A stretch of 64,000 bases of DNA. It comes from Lama glama. Its lineage: Eukaryota. The notes under the pieces were generated by a model that was given only the letters and a program-made list of their open reading frames with translations, made no database searches and was not told the DNA's origin. The translations under genes and the position numbers were made by a program. Positions 12,801 to 26,600 of this stretch are shown here, piece after piece. The first letter of the stretch is position 1; every line of letters starts with the position of its first letter. The stretch spans positions 73,410,001 to 73,474,000 of the forward strand of contig CM052816.1 in NCBI GenBank assembly GCA_028534125.1, in the 5' to 3' direction.

Positions 12801-14092
12801 AAAATGTTCAGGTCACTTGGATTTCTCCCTATTATTTCCAGACTATTTTCCCTTTTATTTTCCTTAGAAATATGTGGTTAGAGGCTTTACTGAATGCAAA
12901 AATAATATCAGAGAGTAACTGCCATTGTTTTACAGCTACTGATTCTTGACTTTCCTTAAATTAGAATGAATTGGCTCAAATTAGGTGCTAGTTCATCTTT
13001 TTAAAAGAAATTAGATATTCATTGTATTGGTTACTGTATTACCAAAAGGAAATCCAGACTGGAATTTTATATATCATTTTGAGTTAATTTTCAAGGGTGA
13101 CCTGAAAAAACTTTGTCTTTTTTTTTCTTTTTTGAGAAAATATGTTGAGGTTGTGATGCTCTGATCCTATAGCTTTAAATAGTATACAAATTTAGCTCCA
13201 CTTGAAGTCTTCTATTTCAGTTCTAACTTATTTTATGACATTTTTGTGATTTAGATTAAAAATAAATATGAGAAGTCATTTCAGACATTAAGTAAAACCC
13301 AGTTTTTGTTGCAATTGCTGCTTTTAAAAAAAGTAATGTTATGCAGTTATATTTTCTTTAAAATACTTCTAAAATTAGAAGCAGATCTGTATTTTCTTTC
13401 CCATGCACTTGCTCTTTTCCCTGCGTCCTGCTCTTGCCAGAATGTTTTTGTTATCCTCCATGATAGTCAACAGCTGTACTTTCTCACAGAACTTATTAGC
13501 AGCTGTGAAATGCTACTGTCCTAAGTAGCTGCATGTGTTAGTGACTGTTGAGATGTGATTGCTGTGATAATGAAATTACTTCACAGGCTTCAGCCAGTCT
13601 TCAGGCAACATTTACTAGAACCCACTGTTGCAAAGAACTGAATTCACCACAGCAACAAAACTTAATCTAACTGAAGAGAGAGAACCAAGGTGCTAAGTTA
13701 CTTTTACTGCATACCAATAAGAACAAATCAATCCCACATAAACTGAGTATTTAGATCTGAAGTGTGGCCAAATAATAGAGTGAAATCATTCGAAGGAGGC
13801 AAACGAGACTCCCATTTTGACCCAAGAGAAGGGAATGGCGGTGAGCTAAGGACATGTGGGGATTAGTTAGGCTGGGGAAGGTGGTAAAGGGAGTATCAAC
13901 AACAAGACGGAGAAACAGTAATGAAGCACACACACCCAGATGCGCTCGTACTATGTCCTGTGAGATGGCTACACACCAAGAGAGAGGACTCTTTCTAAGT
14001 TACTTCTCGAACAAAAGAATGTCTTAAAGGAAAAGAAAATACCATCATATGATCTCATATTTGAAAGAGATTGAGCCATAAAATAATAACAC

Positions 14093-15857
14093 AAATAATA
14101 TTATACTCAACGGTGAAAGACTGAAAACTTTTCCTCTAAGATCGTCATCAAGGCAGAGATGTCCACTTTTGCCATTTCTGTTCAACATAGCACTACAAGT
14201 CCTAGCAATCAGTTAAGAAAAATAAATAAAAGGCGTCCAAATTGAAAAGAAAGAAGTAAAATTTTCTCTGTTCTCAGATGTGTAGAAAACTCTCAAAATT
14301 CTGCATGCAAAAAAAAAACCTGTTAGAACTAATAAATGAACTCAGCAAAATTGCAGCATACAAAATCAACACACAAAAATCATTTGCAATTCTATATACT
14401 AACAATGAACAATATAAAAGTTAAGAAAACAAGTCAGTTCACAGTGGCATCAAAAAGAATAAAGTACTTAGGAATAAATTTAACCAATGAGGTGAAAGAC
14501 TTATACACTTCAAACTACAATGCATTGTTGAAAGAAATTTTAAAAAGATACAAATAAATAGAAAAGCATCCTATATTTATAATTGAAAGACTTAATACTG
14601 TGATCTACACTATCCAAAGCAATCTATAGATTTAATGCAATTCCTATCAAAATCCCAACGACATTTTTGAAGAAATAGAAAAATCTATGCTAAAATTTAT
14701 ATGCAATCTCAAGGGACCTGAATAGGGAAAACAATCTTGAAAAGGAAGAACAAAATTGGAGGTGTCACTTGCTACAAAGCTACAGTGATCAAAACAATGT
14801 GGTACTGGCATAAAGACAGATAAATAGACCAATATAAAAAGACCAGAAATAAATCCTCATATATATGATCAAAAGATTTTGAACAAGGATGCCAAGATCA
14901 TTCAATGGGTGAAAGACAACTTTTCAACAAATGATGTTGGGAAAACTGGATATCCACAAGTGAAAGAAAATCGTTGAACACTTACCTTAGACACTTCACA
15001 AAAATTAACTCAAAATGGATCAAAGACTTAAAAGTAAGAACTAAGACTATAAAAACTCTTAGAAGAAAGCAAAGGGAAAAGCTTAATGATGTTGGATTTG
15101 ATAGTGATTTCTTGGATATGACACCAAAAGCATGGGCAACAAAAGAAAAAATAGATAAACTTGACTTCATTAAAATTTAAAAATTGTTGTTCATTAAAAG
15201 ACACTATTGCAGAGTGAAAAGGCAACTCACAGAATGAGACAATATGTATACATCCAAATATATAAACTGCTACAACTCAACAATAAAAAGAACATATAAC
15301 TCAGTTTTAAAATGGCCAAAGGACTTTAATATACATTTCTTCATAAAAAGATACGCAAATGGACAGTAAACATGTGAAATGACACTCAACATCACTAGTA
15401 ATTAGGGAAATATAAATCAAAAGGAGATACCACTTTACTTCCATTAGGATGACCACAATAAAACAAAGTAATAAACATTGATAATGTTGAAAAGAAACTG
15501 AAAAATTCGTGGATTGCTAGTGGAATGCAAAATGGTACAGCTGCTACAGAAAACAGTATGGCAATTCCTGAAAAAAATTTAAAAGTAGCATTACCATAAG
15601 ATCCAGCAATTCTACTTCTGGGTATATATGTAAAAGAATTGAAAACAAGGACTTGTACAGATATGTGTATACCCACCTCATAGCAACATTATTGACATTA
15701 GCCAAAAGGTACTAGCAAGACAAGTGTCCATCATCTAATAAATGGATGAACAAAATACGGCATGCACTGCCAATGCATATTATTTATCCTTAAAAAAGGA
15801 AGGAAATTCTGACACATGCTACAATATGAATAAACCTTAAAATACTATGCTAAGTGT
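14093..15857 (+). mobile_element. Older L1 ORF2 fragment, truncated at both ends
   Basis: Disrupted ORF2 peptides ([31 protein letters not shown]); no poly-A tail or TSD seen. Confidence 0.92.
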
Positions 15858-16369
15858 ACGGTAGCATCTATAGGAAAAAAAGTGAAAGAAATCAGGATTG
15901 TTTGGTTTTGATACAAGAAAGTGATTCTCACCTTCAAGTAAAGAGCTTTTTAGAGAAATTTGGTTAGACATTGCAAGTGAGAAGTGAAAAAGAAAGAAAC
16001 AAACAAGCAAAAACCCTAAAATAACATCAATGTGTTAGAAAATATATTTTCACCTTGGAAGGAGTATAAAATAAAATAAATTAAAGCACAAATCAGAAGA
16101 AAGCAGATTTAAGTTAGTTTGAGTGAAGCAAGAGGTCTGAGCAGAACACAAACAGAGGAAGGAAGAAGAATCTTACAAACAGGAAACTTCCATGGGACTT
16201 GTGCTAAAAAAGTGGGCTTGAATCTAGACAGTCATCTCTCAATTGTTTGCCTCAACGCCAGTGTTAAGAGCAGGCTTTATTCACAATTTGGAGAATCTCT
16301 ATCCTTCAATGTTCCTCCAATATATCCCCCAACTAGAAGGACAATATATTATAATGAAAACCTTAATGG

Positions 16370-16520
16370 CCAAAAATTGGAGGCTACAAAAGCCAGGCCA
16401 GATTGTGTCACCAGTTTCATGATTTGGGGCATATCATTTAATCTTCCTAGGTTTCAGTTTTCCTATTTACAAATAAAATTGTTGAACTAGGGAAGTTCAA
16501 AGGTTCCCTTCCTGATTTCC
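16370..16520 (+). mobile_element. MIR/MIR3 fragment
   Basis: 'atttggggcatatcatttaatcttcctaggtttcagttttcctatttacaaataaa'. Confidence 0.6.
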
Positions 16521-17344
16521 CATTTTGTAATTTTATGTGTCTCCAAATCTCTTTGACAGGGGATGAAAATTCTCCATCAACAATAAAAAATAAGACTTTC
16601 AGTGCAAAAACTGGTCCAGGTTGTGCTTTGACTGAAAATAATAGCATATCCAATCACAGTAAATGATTCACTTTCTCATTTTTATATAGAAAGAAAAGGG
16701 TGAAGGGAGTAGAATTCTATTTATGACTTCAGATTAGGCACAGTGTTACCCAAACTGCGGTGCCAGAGGCAAGTAGAATCTAAAGAAACAGACTGCCAAT
16801 CTCACAGACTTGTGGGACAAACAGGAGCCTGTGCAGGGCACGTCTGTGAAGGCAGCAGCAGCAGGGGCGCGCTGCTTTGTGAGCACGGTAACACTGCCGA
16901 GGGGCTTTACTGCTAGCAGACGGGCCTGCCAAGATACCTTGACATGACCACCTACTTCTGTGTTTGAGCACTCAGATCCTGAGTGCTCAGAAAGGAAATG
17001 ACTCACTGACACCTGACAGATCTGGCTTTGAGAAATTGTGGGACTTGACTTAGTGGAAAAAAGAGACTCCAAGCTAGGTAATGGGATTGGAGAGAGCCAG
17101 GAGAAAGAGGGAATGAACCCTGAAGAAGAGCAGAGTAACTTTCAAAGTCTAGCAAGTCTGTTCAACAGAGTGAATCAAGAGAGAGATTAAAGGCAGCTTC
17201 TGCTTGCTATTTCAGGAGTGCTCGATTTAGGGCTATTACATGTTCTTTAAAATGCATAGCAATGATGTCTTAGGAAGCTGGGATTCTAGTACACTTCCAA
17301 TTTGATCTAGAAAAAAAATCTCACTTCAAAGCATTACCTTTGAA

Positions 17345-18170
17345 ACCATTTATTGATTCAAATGTACTAAACTTCTATTATATGCCACAGATTCTGCTAG
17401 ATGTTAGAATAACTTATTGGTTCTGCCCTCAAAAAGTTCACATGTTAATGGGAGAGATAGGCATGGAAATAATTCTAAAATGACATGGAATATGAAGTGG
17501 TTATTACATGAGCATTGAGAGGGATCTTAACTTAACCTGAGATAAGCAAGATTTCTTGGACAGATCCAAAATTGTGATGAGTCTTCAACAAAGAGACATG
17601 GTTACTCAGCAAAAAGGGTAGGAAAAGTGCACGCTGAAAAATTCTAGGTCAAAAGAAAGGAGCTTGAGCAATGAAACAGGTATGAGAAACAGCATGATGC
17701 AGATGAGTTGGTGTTCCCAGGCCACACACACATGTGTAGATGTGTGTGGAGATTCAAGACAAAAATACTGTTACTGTGTTGTTCAAAAGTATAAAGACTG
17801 AGTAAAGATATTGGAACAGAAGACCATATAAAATGACAAATAATAAAATGAGGTTGGAAAAGAAAGAATATATTTGAGAAACAGTAGCGTGGTAAAATAG
17901 TCAAGAATTGGTAATTGACTGAGAAGAGGACATGGAAGGGGAAGAAATCAAGAAACCTCTTAAGTGTCTCATTTAATGACTGAGTATGAATAGATGGCAG
18001 GGCAACTAACTAAGCAAGAGTTTGAAAAGAAAAAGCCAGTTGGGAGAAAATAGAGAATGGAAGGAAAACTATCATTAAGCCATTTCTTCAGTTTGAATAT
18101 ATGTGTTTGCTTCACCAACTGCCCATGAGACAACCAGACAGTATGTTTGCAGAGGGTGCATAAAAGACCT
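17345..18170 (-). mobile_element. L2 LINE 3' region, degenerate
   Basis: Starts 'catttattgattcaaatgtactaaacttctattatatgccacag...tgccctcaaaaagttcaca'; purine-rich body typical of antisense L2. Confidence 0.65.
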
Positions 18171-19236
18171 AAGACAAGAAGAGAGTTTCCTAGGCTCTAA
18201 ATTTGCAAAATGCTCCTGAAAAATCTACATTCCCACATTTTTACCTTCTCTCCCCCAGCAAGGAGCAAATGTCCGCTCTCTGGGATCCCTGATAGAAGTA
18301 AAGTCAGTGATAAAGCAGATATAGTAAATACACTGAAAAATAGTGAGTAATGAAGTCATAAGCAACTTGTGGGGAAAAAAAGGAAAATTCTCATTACCAC
18401 CCTGCAGAATTCTGCACAAACTTTCACTTCCTTGGGCATTTCCTGCAGAGACTGACATGTGCCGAGGCAGACCTACTGACCACGCTGTGTTCTCATCTCT
18501 AGAGTTTCCTATGTAGGCAAATAGGTGTTTACTCCCGTCTTTATATTTATGTACCTCCAGCAGGCAGAATATAGCCACTCCCATCCCCACCTCCTTATTC
18601 CACAGAAATTGGGGTTTACAAATGGCTACACCACCAGTGGACACCAGGTGCTTACGTTGCCATAGGAATCGAAAGTTCTAGAGATAACACTAATTGAGAA
18701 GCGGGCACTTTTCTGATCAGTTCAAGCTCCTCCCAATTTATATGATGCTCCAGGAATGGGAGGCCCTTTATCCCATTTTGCATGTTGGTGAATTTAGGGA
18801 GCCAAATCTTTTTGTCGAAGAGGGAGAAAGCTAGATTGACCCTTCTCCCCTAAACTTTTGTTTTTGTAAAGCCAACATTTTCACAAGACTATTCTGGGGC
18901 CAATTTGGCAGATACCAAGGCAGATTTATTTTTTAAGTAATTGCTATCAGTTGCAGTAACTCACTAAAATGTGAAGAACAATAATTCTCTAAGGCCCCAA
19001 ATCTGCTATGATGATGGAATTTCAGTAACCAACAGAGCACTTAATAATTTTTCTCAGCCTATTATCTTACTTGTTTCTCATTTTAAAAGATGTATTCAAA
19101 TTGCTCATTTCCCCATCAGTACTGCTTGAGATCATTATGATGTACTGCATTCCACTGTGTGTATGTATTTACACCCAGTTTGGATGCTATTTCAGCTCTG
19201 GGCCAAAAATATAATGTAAATAAAATGTATAAATAT

Positions 19237-19447
19237 AATAGTAAATACTATTACTCAATTTGTATTACTATTTGTAATACTATTACTCAGATATTATTAC
19301 TCAATTTGCAGTGACTGAATCTGAAGATGTGGAACCTCAGATATGGAGGAATCATGGATACTGAGGACAGACTATAAAGCATACAGAAAGTTCCCCTGCT
19401 CGGAGGATCTGGCCTCTAACCCCCAGGATGTTCAAGGGGCAAGTGTA
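19237..19447 (+). mobile_element. TcMar-Tigger MITE (MER8/Tigger2-like)
   Basis: 'gaatctgaagatgtggaacctcagatatggagg...ctctaacccccaggatgttcaaggggcaagtgta' resembles the Tigger2-type terminal inverted repeat end. Confidence 0.7.
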
Positions 19448-21004
19448 TTTTTATTACTACCCCAAATGTTTCATGAGAGAATAATTAAAAGTTCATTCCT
19501 CATATATAACATTTAACATCCCTTCTACTTTTTTCTTCTGATTTATTATTTGTCCTTAGAATATCTGGGGGCATCAACTATATTGCAAAAGCATAAATTT
19601 GCTCTGTTTCTGCAAGAGAGAGCACAAGGCCGAAAATACATTACTGCACACCCATTTTCTTCTAGTGCTTCACAAGCTGCACATTTTAAACTCCAAATTT
19701 AGGAAGGCAGGTTATGGCCACAAGAAGGGACAGCCCAACTGACACGTTTTAGCATATGTCAGTTTGGGGACATCAGGCAGCTGCATGGTGTTGTGATACC
19801 AACACTACTCTATTTGCTGGACTTTTTAAAGGAGAGAGGAAAGTTTCAGCAACCCTGAGTTTATTTAGTTACAGAAAGTTTAGTGAACTACAGTTCATGT
19901 GAAGGCCTGCTAACAGCAGGAAGAATCCAGATTTCTACCACTGAGGATTGGAGAAGCCTGGTGACATTAATAAGATCCAGATCCCAAGCCAAACAACTGT
20001 GATCTTCCTTATCCACTGTCCTACAGGGTGGGTATGGTAAAGCTTTTCATCTCGCAGTGTTTTCCCCTCCTCCATCTCTGATTTGCAACAGGGGGAGGAG
20101 AAAGGGAAAATAAAAGTAGAAGCCACCAGAAATTACTGTTCTAATTTAGCATTAGCAGGAATTTGTAAACCACTGCTAAGTAGATAAAGCTAAGAGCTAC
20201 TAACTACAAACATAACCAAACAATAACCTCTGTGACTGCTTAATGGAGGCCCTGATTAGAAACACAGAAGCTAGGAGCCTTAACTGGAAACCAGGGAGCA
20301 GTAACGTATTCAGAGAGAAAGGCTACTCAGGGCTTGTACACAAAATAAGCACTCTGGAGAGAAAACAGAGAGAAAAGAAAAAGTAAGAGAAGCAATCAGG
20401 TATAGAAGGAGTTAATATTAAGACAGTGATTTGAAAATTGGTGGTAACATAATGACACTGAATTATTATTCTGAAGTTAGTGAATTAACACACTGGCATA
20501 AAGACAGAACATTTAGAAACACTTAATTTCACGTGACTGGGTACGGATATAAGTAGATTTCTGTTTTGTTTCTTTTTCAAAATGTAGTTTGTTGTTTAGA
20601 ACCAAGTGCGTCATTGAATAATCCTCCTTGGGGTATCAGATTTCATGTTGCACAGTCAGCTGATAGTAACCTACTTTGCATATTTATTTGTTTCCAAAGG
20701 CGTCGCCCACGCATTCAAAGAGCAAGTTAAAGTGCACCTGGCAGTGCCTTAGAGACGTGCCATGGGAATTACAGACACCATTTTCCTCTTCAGGACTTAC
20801 AAATTTTGTCTCTGACACAAAAAGTCACTAAATGGCCAAAATAACCTGGTTGAAGTTCTCTTACATTACTTAGACTGTTTCCTCATACTTAATTTTTGGG
20901 TTTCCAAATGTTTATTTGATTTGGAAAAAAACATAGAATCTCACTTTTCCTGGTAATAAAGTAAGTGCTAAGAACATTGCGCATTTCCCTGAACTGACAC
21001 TTAA

Positions 21005-21210
21005 TACTGTGTTGTCCAATAGGGTAGCCACTAGCCATGTATTACTCAAATTTAAATTCATTGAAATAAATAAATGAAAAATTTAGTTCCTCATTTGAAC
21101 TAGCGATATTCCAAGTGCCCCCAAATCACAGATGCCTAGTGGCTGGTGTTTAGGGGCATAAAGGCACAGAGCATTTCCACTCTTGCAAAAAATTCTAACA
21201 GACGTGCTGG
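21005..21210 (-). mobile_element. MER3 hAT-Charlie MITE
   Basis: 'tgtccaatagggtagccactagccatg...tagttcctca...ctagtggctg...catttccactcttgcaaaaaattcta', about 205 bp. Confidence 0.8.
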
Positions 21211-21937
21211 ACAGCAAGTCAAAACAGTTTAGAGAACTATCTTTGTGGAAAGAAATAATTCCAATAAATAGAAAAATACATTTCTTCTTTTTTGTCATTA
21301 TTTTCAAAGATTTTCCTAAATAATAAGTATTTTCTAAAGAACATACTCCCCATATTAACATTATATATCATGTCTTACCCATGGAGTGTTCTCATTTTAT
21401 ATGCTTATGGTCCAAAGATTAAAATTTAAAGAAATCAATTCATGTAAAATGGCAAATCCAATACAGCTTTAAAATAACATTTAATTTCAACAATGCAGCA
21501 AAAACTAAAACTCTTTAGCTAAATTATTCAAAAGTGTAATGTTTTTTAAAATAATATTAAATTAGAATAGACCTAAATATGCCATGTGCATAAAGCAGAA
21601 GCTGCTATTTATTAATCCATGATTAATGTGGGAAAATTAAATAGGTACCAAATTATTGGTCTGAGTACTTCAGTTTTTTTAATACCAGTGCTAGATTGGT
21701 GGCAAATATCTCCAAATACTAATTCTTCCAATGTATTTTTACACAAAAGAAGCCAAAGGTAAATTGGTCAATGATCACTCTGAGTTACGAGTTTTCAGTA
21801 TTACTGACAATAGTAGCAGTAGTATATCTACTGAATCCTGGTCTCATGAACAATATCAGTGAGTGTTAACTTTTATTTGACAAAAGCTGGTAGAGCTGAT
21901 TTCCCTCTTAAGATAATCTTATTAAAAGAAAATCTGT

Positions 21938-22071
21938 GAAACTGTATTCAATAGCTTATAGTAACCCATAGTGGAAAATAATCTGAAAAAATATATATAT
22001 ATCATCGAATCACTTTGTGGTATACCTGAAACTAAGATAATAAACTAAACCAACTATACTTCAATTTTAAA
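21938..22071 (+). mobile_element. Very short L1 3' end with 14-bp TSD
   Basis: TSD 'aaaagaaaatctgt' (21924-21937) / 'aaaagaaagtctgt' (22072-22085); terminal 'caactatacttcaattttaaaa'. Confidence 0.85.
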
Positions 22072-23484
22072 AAAAGAAAGTCTGTACTAAGATTATGTGT
22101 GTACATATCTACATATACATAAAGTCAGAGTTTTCACAAACACTGTTCAAGGAAAACACTTTCTTTGAACACGTATGGTGCATTTCAAGCAAAGCTTAGC
22201 CTAAATGAATGAGGAGTTAATCTGATGCCTGTAATTTAGCACCTTTGTGCTGCAGTAGTGGAAAGGGACAGATCGCTTAGTGGTTTCAGATGTTACACTT
22301 TAATGAACCAGGATGGGTTTCTTTAGCATGACACCAGTTTATCTAGTTTATTAGCTTTGTAGTTTAAAAATTTATTATTCTTTTGTGCCTGCAAGCATTT
22401 TCATGACTTTTCTTCCTTTTGAAAAATGTTCCATTTGCTGTGCTATGTAGGAAATCATCCTTTAAATAACCACTTAATTGCTGGAATTAGCTCCTTCAAT
22501 CATAATTCAATTTCTTTCAAATGTATTTCCTTGAGGAAATTAAAAGATCCAACTATTCGGGCCTTTGTCAATTTTCATTAGAAGCGCTCAGCAATTAATG
22601 ATGAAGTAGTTTATAGCACTTAGCTGATGAGTACAGGGGACTATTCCAATTGCCTTTCAGTATGAAACCAATTTTAGCACTCTTATATCACATTGTACGT
22701 ACTCTCATTTATTACATATTATTTCGTTCATACAGCTATTTTTTAGTTATCAATTTAAAATTTACGTACTTGGAGAAACTCAGATAGTGAAATTACAATG
22801 ATACAAAACAAGCATTTCTTTTCTCTGGATCCAAACGCATGGCCAGGCCACACAACTTATCTGCTAGTTACACAGCAGTCTTGTGAGAAGTCTCAGACTC
22901 ACTGCCATGCTCATAACCCCAGTCTGATGTTTGTTATGCCTGAATTGCATTTTTTTTTTCTAATTTACCCTGTGTGGCCTGCCTGGACTACAACTAATTG
23001 GAATGGACATGGGAAATAAAGCAGTCATCCTGCGGGAAGGCTGTGAAGTGGGCTCTGACCAATGGATCCCTCCTCTGGAGGTGACTGTCCAGACTAACTG
23101 GAACCTCTTCTTTTCCCATTTATGAGAGAGGGAGACATACTGATTAGTTGGGAATAGAGTGAACAGGATGAATAAAGATGGAAATGTGGCCCAGTATTAG
23201 TACAATCTCTCTAGAATTGCCACTGAGTCATTTGACCTGCTCTCAAGCTCTGAAACCTAATTTTTTTTTTTAACTCAATGGTAAAAAAAGATGTTATGGT
23301 TATCTGTGATGCCTTGTTGAGACACCTGAGACCTCTTTACCGTTTTCCTCTTGCTATCTAACAAACCCTCCATTTACGGAGGCAAACTGAATCTACTTTA
23401 TAACCCGAAAAACATCAAACAACACACAGGTTATTATATCCAAGCCCACTGAATATAAATATTTTCACTGATTAAAACTGCTTT

Positions 23485-23640
23485 TGTGTAAGTACGTGTG
23501 GTGATGGATGTTAACTAGACTTATTGGGGTGACCATTTTTCAATACATACACAGACATCAAATCAGTATGTTGTTATATTGTACACCTGAAACTGGTAGT
23601 GTACTATTATATGTCAGTTATATCTCAGTTGAATTTTTTA
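23485..23640 (+). mobile_element. Short L1 3' end fragment
   Basis: 'ggtgatggatgttaactagacttattggggtgaccatttt...tgtacacctgaaact...tatatgtcagttatatctca'. Confidence 0.8.
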
Positions 23641-26600
23641 ATTGCTTCAGTTAATGCTGAAGAAAATTGAGTCAAAGCTAATGTATGATACAGTGTTAAC
23701 TTCCTGAAAGCGTAATAATGATACAAATTGGTTTATGAATTATCTTTCCCTTTTGGATTCAGACATAACTTAACAAAGAGTAAATTGAAAGGTGGAGAGA
23801 TTATAGTCGTCTCTAGATAAGTCCATTTCTCACGGATTATGTCTACAGATGAACTTGCATTCTGAGCCCATTATACATTTCACTTGATAAAAAGCAGCAT
23901 CACAATGAGCTCACCGAAACAGAAGTAAAATAAAAGAAACGGGAATTTCCTTTTTTTCACAATGTTGTTCAATTCATATCGTGGAGGAAATACCAATAGT
24001 CATTACTGATTAGCTCAAAACATACACTTTATGACAATAGAGGAGGCGTCAGCCCATTTGTCTCAATCTTCTATGTGAGATTGCTGATCTGACTCCCTGC
24101 CTGTCCTGGGAGAGCACAAAAATTGCCTTGAACCCTCATTAGAATGTACTTTTTTTCACCCCAATAAAAATAGTTGAACTCTTCAGTTAGACAAAACAGT
24201 AATGACTTTAGATAAAATCATTCCTCACACTTTCATAATTGGTTTGAGGTCTAGGTGCAGAAAGGAGAAGTTTAGTGCTAAATATTGGAAGACGTCCTCA
24301 GCTTTATATGTAACGTCAGAATAAAAGGAACTCCTACACGAGGCTAGTCTCATGGTTTTCATTATCACGTAGAGTTAATCAAAAACAGTGCAACCTGAGG
24401 CAAACATCACCCTGGGATGAAAGTATTAAAGAGGAGTAAAACATCTTAGTCACTTGGATACTAATTAACCTTGAGAAAGCCCAAAGCAATATACAATTTG
24501 ACGTATTTATCTCTGAAATATACTCCCCTAAAAATATCAATGAATGCAGAGCTGATAATACACACATTATGCCTCATCAAAATGTTGGTATATCAAAACC
24601 AAATTGGCAAGTACCTGTCCTCACTATGTCCTTTGGGCACATGAAGGGTTTTAAATATATACCTGCATAATTCAATGCACAGAACATTTATTTTATCATG
24701 ACACAACATGCTGAAATGCTACAGTGCTATTGTCTAAAAACGTCAAGGGCTAAAGCACTGAATACAGTATGCAATCCAGATGGCAAACTCTCAAGGCACA
24801 GGACTGGAAAGGAAAAATTTTTTAAGAGTTGTTTGGGTTTCTCAGTCATGCAGCTTCTTAGCTTGCTTTTACCTTTCAGCACTAGCAAGGATTTAAATGC
24901 AAAGAGAGCAATTAGTAGAGCTGAGAAATAGGATTTGTTACAGGACTGCTGCTTTTTAAAAACATCTTTATTCCTGCTAAAATGGCCTGGGCTATTTAAG
25001 TTCTTGAGTTTCACTGATTAATAATGAATAGAGCACATTAAAGTAGTTTTATTTACCTAACTTTCTACTGCATGCAAGCTAATACACACATATATTATTT
25101 ACATATACTATATATCTTTCTGCCATCTAAATTTTGCAGGATAAGGAATAACCAGTGAACTAATTTGCAAAACGTGTTTATATGTCATGTGTAACTGATA
25201 AAACAACTGGTTAGACTATAGCCAAATATCAAGAAAGCAAATGCAATTTCCTTAATTAAAATGTTAGACATGTAACCATGCCAAATCACATTTTAATCAA
25301 ATAAACCCAGACCTTATTATTAAAGACAAGTACTTCAAATGCAGAGTTTTAAATAACTTAATTGTATACGGAAAATGTGGCTTGAAAATATAAATACAAT
25401 TAAGACAATTTGTTTTAGTCTTTTTGGTTAGCCTACTTAGGAGGATAAAAGCTTTGCATGTATTTGAGATTAGATATTAATTTGTGGCTCTTTGTCACAA
25501 TGTTCCATTAAGTGTACTTGATTGTTCTTGCACAATAAACAACACTGTCCTCCTTTCAATTTTTTTTGAAAGTTTCATTTATGTTAGTTCAAAATATCTT
25601 TTCAAAATACCTTTAGAAGTTGCCAGAATCTCCAGTAGCCATGAGATATTTAATATAATATCTGCCTCAGGGACTCAGAGATCACACATCCCACCTATTT
25701 GTTCTAAACTCCTCAAATGAAGCAGCATTTCCAGCAGCTCCCAGCATCAACTGACTTTTCTTGAACCAGGGGTCATATTAACAAAATGTAAATTGGATAA
25801 AAGTTATTAGTGGTACAAAAAACAACATTGGGGTGAGCTTACTGGTAATATTATGTCAGTGACATGAAAGATGCTATGTTGTTTTGGTTTGAAACTTATC
25901 TGGGTTTTCAATCAGGCTCAGCTGACTTGAATAAGATGTGCTGATAGGCAGCCATTATGGTTTTACTTGTTTATTTGTTTGGCTTTTTTTTTTTTCCTTT
26001 TTTGATCACCAAAGAACATACAAACATTAGTCTTAAGCCTAAAGCCCTAAAATAAGGCATTCTTTGGCTGGTGAAATTCTAATCTCATTTTATTATGTTG
26101 TCAATGAGCTACAGAGATTCTCCTTGGCTTGTTAACATGATAGCAGACAGATGAGAAGAAATAAAAAGTACTGGCCTGTGAAAGCCAAATCAAAGGGCCA
26201 GATTGAAGGGATTCTCGAATTACTCAGGTGAGGCCCTCAGCCCCTAGCTAGTGACCCAGCTAATGGTCAGGATGCTGTAGGTTCCATTTGGACGATCCAA
26301 ACGTTCAGACATGGTATTCAAATGTCTATATAAATGGCTAAGAATTTGCCTTTTCTTTGTAAGCTTGCTATACAATAAACAAAAGACTGGTATTTGATAC
26401 TAACTAAACATAGAGAAGGAACAGACAGTGACACTGGATGAATGCATTTAAGACACAAATCTTTACATGGCATAGGAAGAACTTTGGGGTTCTGCATTTC
26501 TTTGGCACAGATTTTACATTGTCCTTGGTGGCAAACCTCTTGCCACTTACCAAAAATCATACTCATTTACAGAAACCTCTAACAATATGTTACCTGAAAC

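Noticed and set aside
8136..15676. ORF-track entries with protein-like similarity (e.g. 8783-9145, 11651-11836, 14336-14557, 14974-15180)
   Set aside because: Frameshifted L1 ORF2 remnants or their antisense, not host genes
18225..18644. 139-aa minus-strand ORF
   Set aside because: GTG start, no recognisable domain and no supporting splice structure
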